Of a stretch of 64,000 nt of DNA, positions 38,447 to 50,500 are shown one piece after another (within the stretch, counting starts at the first letter, position 1; every line of letters starts with the position of its first letter). Source of the stretch: Calditrichia bacterium (GTDB taxonomy: Bacteria > Calditrichota > Calditrichia > RBG-13-44-9 > J075); NCBI GenBank assembly GCA_050633245.1, contig JBOEGD010000018.1, positions 160,001 to 224,000 of the forward strand, in the 5' to 3' direction. Under the pieces are notes generated by a model. That model did not search any database, was not told the DNA's origin, and was given only the letters and a program-made list of their open reading frames with translations. The position numbers and the translations under genes were made by a program.

Positions 38447-39328
38447 ATGCGTGTAACACAACAAAATATGGTTCGTCAGGCCTTGTTGCGGCTGGAAGAG
38501 CGCAATGAAAATATGGATCGGCTCTCCCGGGCAATTTCAACGGGAAAAGACGTTGTCAACCCGTCTGATTCGCCCAATAGATATCATCGTTCGGCGCGGA
38601 TGAAAGAAACATTAATGCAGCACGAACAGCATTCGAAAACAATACAAAATTCTCTTGCCTGGTTACAAACCTCTGAAGAAGCTCTGGTGACGTTGAATGA
38701 CCTTGCATTAGAGGCAAGGGATATTGCATTTAAAGGAGCGGATGCAACTACCGACGATTCTGTCCTTGCAAGTCTGGCCGAAAGAATTGGTGGTATTCTC
38801 GATGAGACGATTGACGTTTTTAATAGCAACTATCTTGGCAAAGCCGTTTTCGCCGGAAGTGATACAGATTTGAGTACGCCGTTTGAACTGACAAATGGAC
38901 AAGTTGGCTATGCCGGTAATGGTGATGGTTTACAGCGTTCGGTTGGCAGCAGCATGAAAGTAATGATCAATGTGTCGGGTGAAGAGCTTCTGAATACCGG
39001 GTTGTCGACAGCCTTATTAGACTTACAGGCGGCGCTGCAAAGCCAGGATCGAACGGCTATAAGTGAGACAATTGATGGCTTAAAGAATGCTTCAGAAAGT
39101 GTGTTGTCGCTTTCGGCATCGGTTGGCTCACGTCAATCTATTCTTAATTCGACGCTTCGTCGTATTGAATCAATAGACCTAAATCTGGCTTCGTTTATTT
39201 CCGATGAAGAAGATACAGACCTGGCCGAAGCAATAGTGAAGCTGGAGTCTGAACAAAATGCCTATAGTGCAGCGCTAAGAACAACAGCTGATATTACGCA
39301 GCTAAACATCATGCAATACTTCAGATAA
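38447..39328 (+). CDS. flgL: hook-associated protein FlgL
   Basis: MRVTQ, STGK.V..PSDSP, G..VFAG, EDTDLAEAI, Y.AAL. Confidence 0.93.
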   Translation: MRVTQQNMVRQALLRLEERNENMDRLSRAISTGKDVVNPSDSPNRYHRSARMKETLMQHEQHSKTIQNSLAWLQTSEEALVTLNDLALEARDIAFKGADATTDDSVLASLAERIGGILDETIDVFNSNYLGKAVFAGSDTDLSTPFELTNGQVGYAGNGDGLQRSVGSSMKVMINVSGEELLNTGLSTALLDLQAALQSQDRTAISETIDGLKNASESVLSLSASVGSRQSILNSTLRRIESIDLNLASFISDEEDTDLAEAIVKLESEQNAYSAALRTTADITQLNIMQYFR

Positions 39329-39354
39329 TCTGATTGGAACCGGGAATTGCAAAA

Positions 39355-40251
39355 ATGAACGGGTACGCAAATGAGCAATATGCCGCTTCCCTGTCGGAAT
39401 TTGGTAGTTTACTACATTTGCCTGCTGCCGGTGGCTGGCTGATAAAAAGAGAAATACCGGAAACGAATTATTCTGATGCGATGGGTTTGTATCCGCTGTT
39501 TCAATGCAACGATTGGCAGGCTCTGGAAAAAGACTTTGAATGGTTGAGGGAAGTGGTTTCGAGTATCGTCTTGGTGTGTGATCCCCTCGAACAGGTATCG
39601 GTTGAGCAACTCAAAGACCTATTTCCGGATTGCTGCAATGCGTTTAAACAACACTTTCTTATCGATCTTAATCTGAAACCGGAGAATTTTGTTTCTTCTC
39701 ATCATCGGTATTATTCCCGGTATGCCACGAAACGATGCAGCATACAACGTGAACCGTATTCAGCAGAATGCCTGACAGATTGGATGGCTCTGTATCAAAA
39801 CTTGATCACGCGCCAGAATATCATCGGAATCCAGTGTTTCTCGGAAGAAGCGTTTCGGCAGCAGCTTCAAATGGAAGACATAGACATCTTTACTGCACGT
39901 GCAAATGGCAGCGTGGTAGGTATGCAGCTTTGGATTCGCCATCAAGACAGGGCATATCATCATCTGAGCGCATATAGCGAAGCTGGATATGCGAATCGTT
40001 GCTCTTATGGATTGTTGTGGAGGGCAATTCAAGAGTATAAAAAAGCAGATTATAGCTGGTTAAACCTGGGGGGAACGGCAGGTGCTGTTGCTTCTCAGAA
40101 TGGACTGGCGGCATTTAAAAAAGGATGGTCTACAACTGCAGAAACGGCCTGGCTGTGCGGCAAAATTCTTTGCGCTGACTCCTACCGGCGGCTTATGGAT
40201 CGAAGAGGTACTAAAGCAACATCATATTTCCCTGCTTACCGTGCAGGGTAA
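39355..40251 (+). CDS. GNAT/FemAB-like acyltransferase
   Basis: AYHHLSAYS..GY, LNLGG, GLAAFKKGW (Fem-type C-terminal motif); alternative TTG start at 39334. Confidence 0.7.
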   Translation: MNGYANEQYAASLSEFGSLLHLPAAGGWLIKREIPETNYSDAMGLYPLFQCNDWQALEKDFEWLREVVSSIVLVCDPLEQVSVEQLKDLFPDCCNAFKQHFLIDLNLKPENFVSSHHRYYSRYATKRCSIQREPYSAECLTDWMALYQNLITRQNIIGIQCFSEEAFRQQLQMEDIDIFTARANGSVVGMQLWIRHQDRAYHHLSAYSEAGYANRCSYGLLWRAIQEYKKADYSWLNLGGTAGAVASQNGLAAFKKGWSTTAETAWLCGKILCADSYRRLMDRRGTKATSYFPAYRAG

Positions 40252-40277
40252 ACTTAATCGGGAGTAAAGAATACAGC

Positions 40278-41309
40278 ATGGCAGTTCGCGTACCACAATT
40301 TTCCCGCAATGTTTTGCTAGAGCGGTTGTTGAATAGATTGAACAGTGAAATCGTTCGCTTGCCGGACGATGACTATGATGCAAAAAGCCGATTTAAGCAT
40401 CCGCTTGTGTTTTTGGTCGGTTGTCCAAGAAGTGGTAGCACTCTAATGCTTCAATGGCTTGCGTCATCCGGGAAGTTTGCCTTCCCTGATAACTTCATGT
40501 CGAGATTTTATAAGGCACCGTTTGTTGCCCTGTTAATTCAGGATATGTTGTTTAATCCTGCCTATCAGTTTCGTAATGAATTTTCCGACTTTAACGTACA
40601 AACCTCCGACTTTGCTTCTGTTTTAGGAAAAACCAGCGGTTCTCTTTCGGTCAATGAATTCTATTACTTTTGGCGTAACTATCTGCCTGCTTCATGTGAA
40701 TACCCATCCGCTGAGGAGATGCAGCGTTTTCAGTTAAGGAACGCCAGATTCGAGATCAGTCGTATTCTCGATTATCAAAATCGACCATTTGTTTGCAAGG
40801 GGCTGCTGTTCAATCACGTTCTGCCTGAGATTGCAAGTTTCTTTCCGGAAGCTGTTTTTATCAATATTGAACGGGATCCCTTTTTTACTGCGCAGTCTCT
40901 ACTACAGGCACGTGAAACATACTGGGGAGAACGCAACTCATGGTACTCATTTGCCATTCCGGAAAAACAGTCTTTACTGAGTAAAAATCCACTGGAGCAG
41001 GTGGCGGGACAAGTCTTATTAACTAAAGAAGCTGTGAAGCGTGGACTAGCGCGGATTTCGCCGGGAAGGCAGTTGACCGTAGCATATGAAGAACTGTGTG
41101 ATTCTCCGAAAAAAGTTTGGAAGAAAATCATGCCGTTATTGTCCCTTGATTGTTCGAAACAAAGCCTGCATTATTCGGGGCCGGACGGTTACGAAAACGG
41201 AAACTTTCTGCGATTTTCCGTGCAGGAAAGGGAAGAGCTGTGCACCTATCTTGGGAAATTTACCAGGGACATGACGCATAAAAAAAAGGTATTTGAAGAT
41301 GCAATATAA
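40278..41309 (+). CDS. PAPS-dependent sulfotransferase 1
   Basis: 5'-PSB loop GCPRSGST; 3'-PB motif RDPFFTAQS; YEEL..P. Confidence 0.88.
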   Translation: MAVRVPQFSRNVLLERLLNRLNSEIVRLPDDDYDAKSRFKHPLVFLVGCPRSGSTLMLQWLASSGKFAFPDNFMSRFYKAPFVALLIQDMLFNPAYQFRNEFSDFNVQTSDFASVLGKTSGSLSVNEFYYFWRNYLPASCEYPSAEEMQRFQLRNARFEISRILDYQNRPFVCKGLLFNHVLPEIASFFPEAVFINIERDPFFTAQSLLQARETYWGERNSWYSFAIPEKQSLLSKNPLEQVAGQVLLTKEAVKRGLARISPGRQLTVAYEELCDSPKKVWKKIMPLLSLDCSKQSLHYSGPDGYENGNFLRFSVQEREELCTYLGKFTRDMTHKKKVFEDAI

Positions 41310-42303
41310 CTTTCTGATTTGCTCTGAACGCTCAGGAAGCAATCTCTTTACGCGTTTAATGAACGGTCATTCGCAAGTCTGTGGGCCTTCACCGACACAT
41401 CTTTGCCGTCACTTATGGGAAAATCGATCTGCTTATTGCGCTCTCGATGAGGATGAAAACTGGCAGCGGTTAACAGAAGACGGCGAATCACTTTTCCGTA
41501 CGATGACCGGCGTTTGGAAATCCGACTGGGCAACGGATAGGATTAATGCACTCACAAAGCGTTCACTCGCCGAACTGTTGCGAACGGTGTTTCAGCACGA
41601 AGGACAGGCTAACAATAAATCTACTGTGCTAATAAAGGAAAACCACGCCTGGCGAATGCTTGATCTGCTGTGGGATATTCAGCATGATGCGCGGTTTATC
41701 TGGTTGGTGCGCGATCCCCGTGATATGGCATTGTCCTGGAAACGTTCTCCCATATTGCGTCGCGGGGTAATTCGCGCCGGGCAGATCTGGAAGGAAGATC
41801 AGCAGCAAATGTTGTTGTTAGCCGACCGGGTTTTTACAACAGAAAATTTGATTCAAGTCCACTATGAAAAACTGGTTTCTGCACCTGAAGAAACGCTTAC
41901 ACGCGTTTGCGATTTTTTAAATTTGAATTTTGAGCCGTCTATGCTAACGAAAAGCTCTCGGGCAGGTAATACCCTGCTTGCTTCCCGAGCGACGGACTGG
42001 AAAAATCTTGCTGGCCCATTGTTAAGTAATAATTTCGGAAAATATCGCACGGGTCTTACAGAAGAGGAAATATGCTATCTGGAGCAACTTTGTGGTGATG
42101 AAATGGTACAGCTCGGATACTCGCTTGATATGGATAAGGGGATGAATGTTGAAGATCTGGAACAACTGATATCGCCGCTTGAGCTTTATGATAAACCCGG
42201 CTACCAGAATGTGCCAGAGGAAGAAAAGCAGATACGATTGGCACGTGCTGAAGTTGTGGGCAAGATAAAAAAGCGAGCACTAACACTGGAAATGGCAACA
42301 TGA
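41299..42303 (+). CDS. PAPS-dependent sulfotransferase 2
   Basis: SERSGSN loop; LVRDPRDMALSW; YEKLVSAPEETL.RVCDFL; alternative TTG start at 41293. Confidence 0.88.
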   Translation: MQYNFLICSERSGSNLFTRLMNGHSQVCGPSPTHLCRHLWENRSAYCALDEDENWQRLTEDGESLFRTMTGVWKSDWATDRINALTKRSLAELLRTVFQHEGQANNKSTVLIKENHAWRMLDLLWDIQHDARFIWLVRDPRDMALSWKRSPILRRGVIRAGQIWKEDQQQMLLLADRVFTTENLIQVHYEKLVSAPEETLTRVCDFLNLNFEPSMLTKSSRAGNTLLASRATDWKNLAGPLLSNNFGKYRTGLTEEEICYLEQLCGDEMVQLGYSLDMDKGMNVEDLEQLISPLELYDKPGYQNVPEEEKQIRLARAEVVGKIKKRALTLEMAT

Positions 42304-43265
42304 AGACGGCTGTCGGAGGATATTTTGAGCTAACGCTACCTCATCGTCAGGATTATCATCAGCGGGCGTTGAAATTGAACAGTGCGCGTAATGCGCTGCG
42401 TTATTATCTGGCACGAAAAAAAATCGATAAAATATTCCTTCCTTACTACATCTGCGATTCTCTTATCGAAGGACTGCGCAAAGATGGTGTAGAGTGCAGC
42501 TTTTTTAAGATCGACACGTTTCTCAGACCGATTCTACCTGCAGGTATTCATGCAAGAAAACCGGCACTAATCGTCAATTATTTCGGACTTAATATCTCCG
42601 ATTCTGTCGAAGAAGAGCATATCATAATCGATAACTCTCAAGCCTTTTTTACTCAACCTGCGCGAAAAACAATTTCTATATACTCCCCAAGAAAATTCTT
42701 TGGGCTTGCCGATGGTGGATTTCTGATTGGACAAGAGATGCATAGAGCGAAGCTTCGCGCATCGGTGTCATGGGAGCACTATCAGGCCCCACTCATGCGA
42801 ATTGAGTTACCGGCGGATGAAGGACTTTCGGCGTTTCGAAGAAATGAAAGGCGTCTCGCAAACGAACCGATTGCAGCAATGTCCCCTCTGACGGAGACGT
42901 TGTTGAAGAGCATCGATTACGAAGATTGTCGTAAGAGAAGAGAGTATAACTTCTCATGCTTACATCGGCGTTTAAAACACATTAACCAGTTAGAAATTAC
43001 TGATGAGGAACCGAAGGGGCCCCTGGCTTATCCGTTTTTATTCAACCGTCCCGGATTAACGGAATGGTTACGCCGGCAAAGAATTTTTTGCGCGGCCTAC
43101 TGGCCTGGGGTTTCAGACCGCGCGGCGAATAATAGCTGGGAAGCAAAGCTGGCGGCCTGCCTTACTCCTTTGCCGATAGATCATCGTTGGACTGATTCAG
43201 ATATGTCCAGAGTCTGTCTTGCCGTTGAAGCATTTCTTGCAAAAACCGGAGAAGAACATGTTTAA
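42300..43265 (+). CDS. divergent, shortened DegT/DnrJ-like PLP-fold protein
   Basis: VGGYFEL, SARNAL, LPYYICDS, VNYFG, IDNSQAFF, YSPRKFF..DGG. Confidence 0.65.
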   Translation: MKTAVGGYFELTLPHRQDYHQRALKLNSARNALRYYLARKKIDKIFLPYYICDSLIEGLRKDGVECSFFKIDTFLRPILPAGIHARKPALIVNYFGLNISDSVEEEHIIIDNSQAFFTQPARKTISIYSPRKFFGLADGGFLIGQEMHRAKLRASVSWEHYQAPLMRIELPADEGLSAFRRNERRLANEPIAAMSPLTETLLKSIDYEDCRKRREYNFSCLHRRLKHINQLEITDEEPKGPLAYPFLFNRPGLTEWLRRQRIFCAAYWPGVSDRAANNSWEAKLAACLTPLPIDHRWTDSDMSRVCLAVEAFLAKTGEEHV

Positions 43266-44535
43266 CAAGCAAAAGGCTTCTGATCTTGCCTATTTGGGAG
43301 GAGATCCGCTTTTTCATGAGAAGCTGCATGTTGGTGCTCCGAATCTTGGCAGTAAAGAGGCATTGTTTCAGCGGATCGAAGAACTTTATCGTACGAAGCG
43401 CCTGGCAAACCGTGGACCTTTTGTTCGCGAGCTGGAAGCTCGTTTGGCAGAGGAGATGGGGGTTAAACATTGTATTGCGATGTGCAATGGAACCATTGCA
43501 CTTGAGATTGCGATTCGTGCTTTGGGTATGTCCGGGGAGGTAATTCTTCCTTCTTTTACCTTTATTGCAACAGCCCATGCCTTGCAGTGGCAGGAGATAA
43601 CCCCGGTATTCTGCGATGTTGAGAAAGAGAACTATACCATCGACCCCCTAAAGGTTGAAGCCCTGATCACTCCCAAAACAAGTGGGATTATTGGTGTTCA
43701 CCTGTGGGCCCGGGCTTGCAAAATAGAGGCGCTTCAGGAAATAGCCAATCATCATAACCTGTGCCTGCTCTTTGACGCTGCGCATGCATTTAAGTGCAGT
43801 TACAAAAAACAAATGATCGGCAGTTTTGGCGATGCAGAGGTGTTCAGTTTTCATGCCACCAAGTTCTTTAATACGTTCGAGGGTGGAGCTATTGCAACAA
43901 ACAGTGAAGAACTTGCTGAGAAGATCAGATTTATGCAAAACTTCGGATTTGTAAGCAAGGATCAGGTCGACTATCTCGGAATCAATGGTAAAATGAGTGA
44001 AATATCTGCTGCAATGGGACTCACCTCTCTGGAAAGTGTAGACTTATTTGTCGCGGTAAATAAACGAAACTACCAGCTTTATAAACAGGGGCTTGCTGGT
44101 TTGTCGGGCGTGCGCTTGCTCTCCTTCAGTGAAGATGAGTTGAGCAACAAACAATATATTGTATTGGAAATTGACGCAGCTGAATTTGGGCTTGGAAGGG
44201 ATTGTACTGTAAGTCTTCTGGAATCTGAAGGGGTTCTTGCAAGGCGCTACTTCTATCCCGGATGTCATCAGATGGAGCCCTATCGCTCGTATTTCCCCAA
44301 TGCCGGCTTGCTTTTGCCCGAAACCGAGCGCCTGGCAAAACGTACGCTTTGTTTACCAACCGGGATGGCAATCGATGCCGATCATATCTCCGGCATTTGC
44401 AAACTCCTGCACTTTTTCCAGGCACATCATCAGGAAATTACAGCCGAGTCCGGCGATCAGGGACATAAAATAACCCCATCATTTGCGGAATACGAACGGC
44501 GGATTAGCCGCGACACATATATTGAGGAGCTATAA
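43258..44535 (+). CDS. DegT/DnrJ/EryC1/StrS sugar aminotransferase (VioA/DesI-like)
   Basis: CNGT.AL, PSFTFIATAHA, FDAAHAF, SFHATKFFNTFEGG (PLP lysine), GINGKMSE. Confidence 0.92.
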   Translation: MFNKQKASDLAYLGGDPLFHEKLHVGAPNLGSKEALFQRIEELYRTKRLANRGPFVRELEARLAEEMGVKHCIAMCNGTIALEIAIRALGMSGEVILPSFTFIATAHALQWQEITPVFCDVEKENYTIDPLKVEALITPKTSGIIGVHLWARACKIEALQEIANHHNLCLLFDAAHAFKCSYKKQMIGSFGDAEVFSFHATKFFNTFEGGAIATNSEELAEKIRFMQNFGFVSKDQVDYLGINGKMSEISAAMGLTSLESVDLFVAVNKRNYQLYKQGLAGLSGVRLLSFSEDELSNKQYIVLEIDAAEFGLGRDCTVSLLESEGVLARRYFYPGCHQMEPYRSYFPNAGLLLPETERLAKRTLCLPTGMAIDADHISGICKLLHFFQAHHQEITAESGDQGHKITPSFAEYERRISRDTYIEEL

Positions 44536-44537
44536 CA

Positions 44538-47500
44538 ATGCAAGACGAACTAGCCAATAAAATGATATTGCTGAATATCGGCAGCGGGAGTCATAAATTG
44601 CCCGGCTTTATAAATATCGACCTCGAAAATGGAGCGGATATTGTTTGGGATGTTAGAAAAGAGCTCCCATTTGACGATGCAAGCGTTGATGGAATTTATA
44701 GTGAGCACCTAATTGAACATCTAACTCAAGCTGAAGGTGCACGATTTTTACGCGAATGTCGACGAATATTAAAACCCGGCAGGCAAATGCGGTTGGCGGC
44801 ATCGGACCTTGATCACATAATTCCACAATACGGACAAGAAGAATGGCGTGCTGAAAGTACAATGATTCAACGCCAAGGCTGGAACTGGGTAGACAATACC
44901 TGTGAACAGCTAAATTTGTTGATGCGTTCCGGACGGCATCAATGGATATACAATGAAGAGGAGATGCGCAGGCTTGCAGAAACCGCGGGTTTTAAGTTTT
45001 CCTGTAGATGCGAATACGGTAAATCTGAAGAGAGTGTGTTTCAAAATCTGGAACAGCGGGCAGAATCGCTTCTTATTTGCGAATTTCAGAGACCGGAATT
45101 TCAAATTTCAGATACTCCGGGATTGGTTAGTATACTTATCCCTGCTTATAAAGCAGACTTTTTTGCTGCATGTCTGTCCAGTGCTCTGGAGCAGGACTAT
45201 CCTTCGCTTGAAATCATTATTTGTGATGATAGTGAAGGAGGTGAAGTTGAGCAGCTTGTAAAACAGAACGATGACGAGCGTATTCGCTATGTAAAGAATG
45301 AGGTGAATATTGGGGGGCGCAAAAATTATTTGCAGTGTTTTGATCTCGCCAGGGGCGATTATATAAAATTTCTCAATGACGATGATATCCTGTTACCCGG
45401 TTGTGTAAGCAAAATGGTCGCAGCGATTGAAGAGTATCCGCAAGCGACACTGATAACTTCCCACCGTCAACTAATTGATGAATCCGGCCAATCGCTACCG
45501 GATAAACGGTATAATAAAAGGCCGGTTGAAACCTCGGCATTAATAACCGGTGTTTCCGCAGTAGATACGCTTCTCACGTCTTCCCTTAATTACATAGGCG
45601 AACCGACTACTACCTTGTTCCGACGATCGGATATCGATGGAACGAAACCGAACATTTTTAGCTTTGGCGGGCGGGAAGCGCTGCGAAACGGCGATGTAAC
45701 GATGTGGGTAAGCTTGCTTAGCAAGGGAGATTTGATCTATCTGCACGAAACCCTAAGCTATTTCCGTTTACATGATAAGCAGGTTCAGTGCTCGCAAGAG
45801 TATCTTTCCAAAGCTGCCAAAGCCTGGGAACAAATCCGCTTTGACGCAACCCGTATGGGATTTTTGCATCCTGAATGGAGCACGGTGCTGGAAATTAGTG
45901 AATTAGCGACTTTGCAGCATGAAGCAAAGCTTAATGGAATTCCGGATGCAGAGCAAACCGGACTTCCGAAACTGATTCTTCTTCCGACCGAAGGACAGGT
46001 TCAACCGGATCGCCCGGAAAAATTACAGCAGTTATTAACGGATGGAGCTCTCCCGACAGCTGTCCGGGAAGACTGTGAATTGAGCAGTGAACAGGAAAAT
46101 GAACTGTCGGAATGTATTGAAAAATTGCTGAATGGAGAGATTGATAATGCTCTTGAGAAGATAATGGGTTTGCTGCGACAAAAACCGGCTTCCAAGGATG
46201 TGCTTTATGCGATGTTTAATATCTTAAAGCAGCTGAACTCAGTTAGCAAGGCGCTGACTTATTTAAACAAGCTGATTATACTTCACCCGGATTTTGCACC
46301 GGCATTTGATGAAGTCGGTTTGCTACAGCAGGCAGACGATCGATTTGAAACGGCTGTAGAGTGGTTCCACCATTCGATTTCCCTTGATCCAGACTGCCGT
46401 GAAACGAAACTGCACTACGCAGATTGCTTATTGCATTTGGGTAGGGGAGAGGAAGGATTGAGGCTTCTGGAAAGCCTGGCAAATAATGGCGATGATACCG
46501 ACGCTGCAGCGCTGCTGCTGGTAGACTGGTATGCTCGCTTAAAGCGCTTTACATCGGCAGTGAACAAGATCCAGGAAGTGTTAACAAAGAACCCCGATAA
46601 TCAAGCTGCTATAGAGCTGTTGTTGAAATTAGATCAGCAGCTGGATGAGCATCAAAGCACCCAGGCGTCTCCCGTTCAATCTGTTAACAATACAACTTTA
46701 TCACTGTCTAAATCGGCTGCCGGCTCGAACGCTACGGACAAGAATGACGGGCCGATTTTTGTAGTAGGGTCGCCGCGCTCGGGAACCAGTGTTTTGTCAC
46801 AGTCGCTCGGTAAACATTCTCAAACCGGTCTTGGACCGGAATCAAACTTCCTGCGACCATTGGTTCAAGCTTTTGATATTGCTTACGATTTATCAACCAA
46901 ACGAGGCATTCACCATTGGTTGTCTAATAAAGGTGTGAGCAAGGAAGAGTTTTTCGAAAAGCTGGGTACAGGTGTAGACCTGCTTTTTAAAAGTAAATTA
47001 GACCAGCAACGGTGGATCGATCAAACACCTGAGTACACTCGCTGTCTAAGCGAGTTGAACATGTTATTGCCAACCGCTCACTTTGTTCACATTGTTCGGG
47101 ACGGTCGTAAAGTTGTGCACTCCATGATGAATAGTGGTTTCGATTCACCATGGTCTTCTGATTTTAAAGCAGCCTGCCTTACCTGGAAAGAGTTTGTGTT
47201 GAATGGGCTGGAGTTTGAACGCACCCATCCCGAAAGAATTATTCGGGTTTATAATGAATCAATAACACAAGAGCCTGCCGGAGAATTGGCAACGATTCAG
47301 CGTAAATTGGCATTGCCCTTCGAGGAAGCGACAACCCATTTTTACTCATCTGGTATTAAAATTAATTCATCGTTTGGCGGAGATGAGGAAGAAAAGGCTG
47401 ACTGGCGTACAAAATGGAGCGCTCAGCAACGGTCGGTTTTTAATGAAATTGCCGGCAGCTTGCTGATAGCTCTGGGGTATGAGGCAGATGCTTCATGGGT

Positions 47501-50500
47501 ATCTGGGCCGCAGAAAGAGGAGCCGCCTTTCCTACAGTCTCATAAATCACTGCAAGAGATTGTCGCTGATTTACATACTCAATCGGAGACCATCAAACCT
47601 GCAAATGAGCCTGTGGAAGAACAACGAAAAAAAGTCAGCATTGTAATACCGGTATTTAATAAGCTGGAGCTTACACATGCCTGTTTAAAGACTGTGTTAG
47701 AGCATACTGCGTATCCTAACTATGAAGTTATTGTTGTAGACAATGGTTCAACGGATGATACCGCAAACTATTTGAAGAAGGTATCTGAACCGCGGATAAG
47801 TTCTGTTTTTTCTTCCGAAAATAATGGTTATGTGGGTGGTTGTAATGCTGGCGCAGAGGTAGCCAAGGGCGATTTCTTACTCTTCTTGAATAATGATACA
47901 GAAGTAGAACCTGGTTGGTTGACTGCACTTGTAGATACAATGGATGACCATTCAGATTGTGGTGCTGTAGGGTCTAAACTGGTGTATCCAAACGGAGCTC
48001 TACAGGAAGCAGGTGGTATCATCTTCTCGGATGGCAACGGATGGAATTTTGGCAGAAATATGCTTGCTGAAGATCCACGATTTAACTACTTACGCGAGGT
48101 AGATTACTGCTCGGGTGCAGCGCTTATGGTACGTCGTAATTTGTGGGATGAGTTGGGCGGTTTTGATGAACGTTACGCGCCGGCATATTATGAGGATACT
48201 GACCTATGCTTTGGTGTGCGCAAGTTGGGCTACAAAGTATATTATCAACCCAACAGTGTCGTTGTGCATCTTGAGGGACAAACTGCCGGTGTTGATTTAC
48301 AGAGTGGATTTAAGAAATATCAGGTGATCAACAAGCAAAAGTTTGTAGAGAAGTGGAAGCATGAACTGGCAAATCAGTATAGCAATGACCCAAAGAATGT
48401 GCTTCACGCCGCGAATCGTGGAAGTCGCCAGAGCATTTTGATTGTCGATCCAACCTTGCCTTTCTTTGATCGTGCCTCTGGCGGGCTGCGCCTGTTTCAA
48501 ATAGTTGAAATGTTGCTGGAGATGAATTTTCATGTCTCCTTTCTCTCAATTAGTCCGGGTATGAGACAAACCTATCGTCCTATTTTACAAAATATGGGAG
48601 TTGAAGTCTTTGCCGGATACTGGAAAACGCCGCGTAAATGTGGATTTGAATATGAGGATAACGATCCCTCTGAATTCTATCAGAAATTTTTGGCAGAACG
48701 GCAATACGACTATGCTATGCTGAACTTCTGGGAGGTTGGTGAAAAGTTTATTCCGGCTATTCGCGAATTCTCACCAACGACCCGTATCTTTGTAGACAGT
48801 GTCGACATTCACTTTGTGCGCGAGTTGCGTGAGGCTGAGTTAAACGAAGATCCAGCGGCGACACAAAGAGCATTAGCGAAGAAGGAACTCGAACTGGCTG
48901 TGTACCGGCAGGCAGATCGTTTGTTGGTTGTAACCGAAACCGATCGCCAAGCCGTGGAAGAGCAGCTGGAAGGTATCCCGATAGATATTGTACCGAATAT
49001 TCACCGGCAAATTGATGTTGCGAAAAATTATGCTGATAGTGCTAATTTACTTTTTGTTGGAAATTTTCATCATCCGCCCAATAAGGATGCTGTGGAATTT
49101 TTCTGTGCCGAGGCTTTCCCGAAAATACTCCGGGAACAACCCGATATCAAGCTTTTCATTGTCGGGAACGGCTCCCAAAACGCCGTTGGACATCTCGAAT
49201 CTTCCAATGTACTGGTTCTTGGATATGTTGAAGATTTAGGAGTATTGTTAAAGAAAGCACGTATCTCGGTAAATCCATTGCGATTTGGAGCGGGCATGAA
49301 GGGGAAAATCGGTGAGGCTCTCTCCTGGGGATTGCCGGTCGTGACCACACATGTTGGCGCAGAAGGCATGAAGCTGGAAGATGAACATCACGCATTGATT
49401 GCCGATTCGGCAGAGGAATTTGCCGATGCGGTGCTACGTTTATATAATGACGAAAATCTGTGGAAAAGACTCTCTGTCGGCGGGCGCGAGCATGTGAAAG
49501 CCAACTGGGGAAAAGGACATACCTTCAGAAAGCTACAGGAGGTATTCAGCGTCGCTCCAGAAAAGGAAATGCGTGTTGTCACTACTGCTTCTGCTAAAAA
49601 GCCGCTTGTTTCTATTGTTATACTAACGTGTAATGCACTCGAATATACAATGCAATGTGTCGAGTCTATCCGGAAGACAACCTCTGTTGATCATGAAATA
49701 ATCTTTGTTGATAATAAGTCTACCGACAGTACGGTGGATTACTTGCAGAAGCTTACTGAAGAGAATGCCCACTACAAACTGATATGCAATGAGGAAAACC
49801 GTGGCTTTGCGGCCGGAAACAATCAGGCCGTTGCTGTGGCAAGCGGGCGATATGTACTTCTGCTAAACAATGACGTTGTGGTTAACGGTGGTTGGCTGGA
49901 AGGGTTAGTAGAGAGTATTGAAATGGATGAGCTGATAGGTACGGTTGGTCCGATAACCAATCGCATCAGCGGTAAGCAAATGGTGGCAGAGGTTCCGTAT
50001 GAAGATCTTACCGGCTTTCCCGGCTTTGCTGAACAGGTTCGACGGGCAAATAAAGGAAAAGTGACTCCCCGCCGTCGAATTGCCGGTTTTGCTATGCTGA
50101 TGAAAAAAGAACTCTATAATGAGCTTGGTGGATTTGATGAAGATTTCGGAAACGGCAACTTTGAAGACGATGATCTTTGTCTGCGTATACGGGAAAAAGG
50201 TTATGCGGTAATGGTTGATGAGAGCATTTACATTCATCATTTTGGTAGCAGAACTTTCATCGCAAATAATATGGATTATCAGGCTTCATTGCAGGAAAAA
50301 GAAGACGTGTTTAAGCAAAAATGGCCCGCTGTAGATTACCAGAACCTCCTTGAACGAGATCGATCCTTAGCAGAAGAACACAACATAGTTTTGGAAGATG
50401 CTACCGGGCTTTTAGCAAAAGGCGACCTACAACCGGCTGAGCTGCTTTTTAAAAATGTCTTGGCAGAAAACCCACTCAATATTGATGCGCTGTACGGACT

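Noticed and set aside
38447-39328. Flagellin (fliC)
   Set aside because: MRVTQ start, EDTDLAEAI and Y.AAL C-terminus, and position after flgK indicate FlgL; the SRI.DAD.A.E flagellin motif is absent
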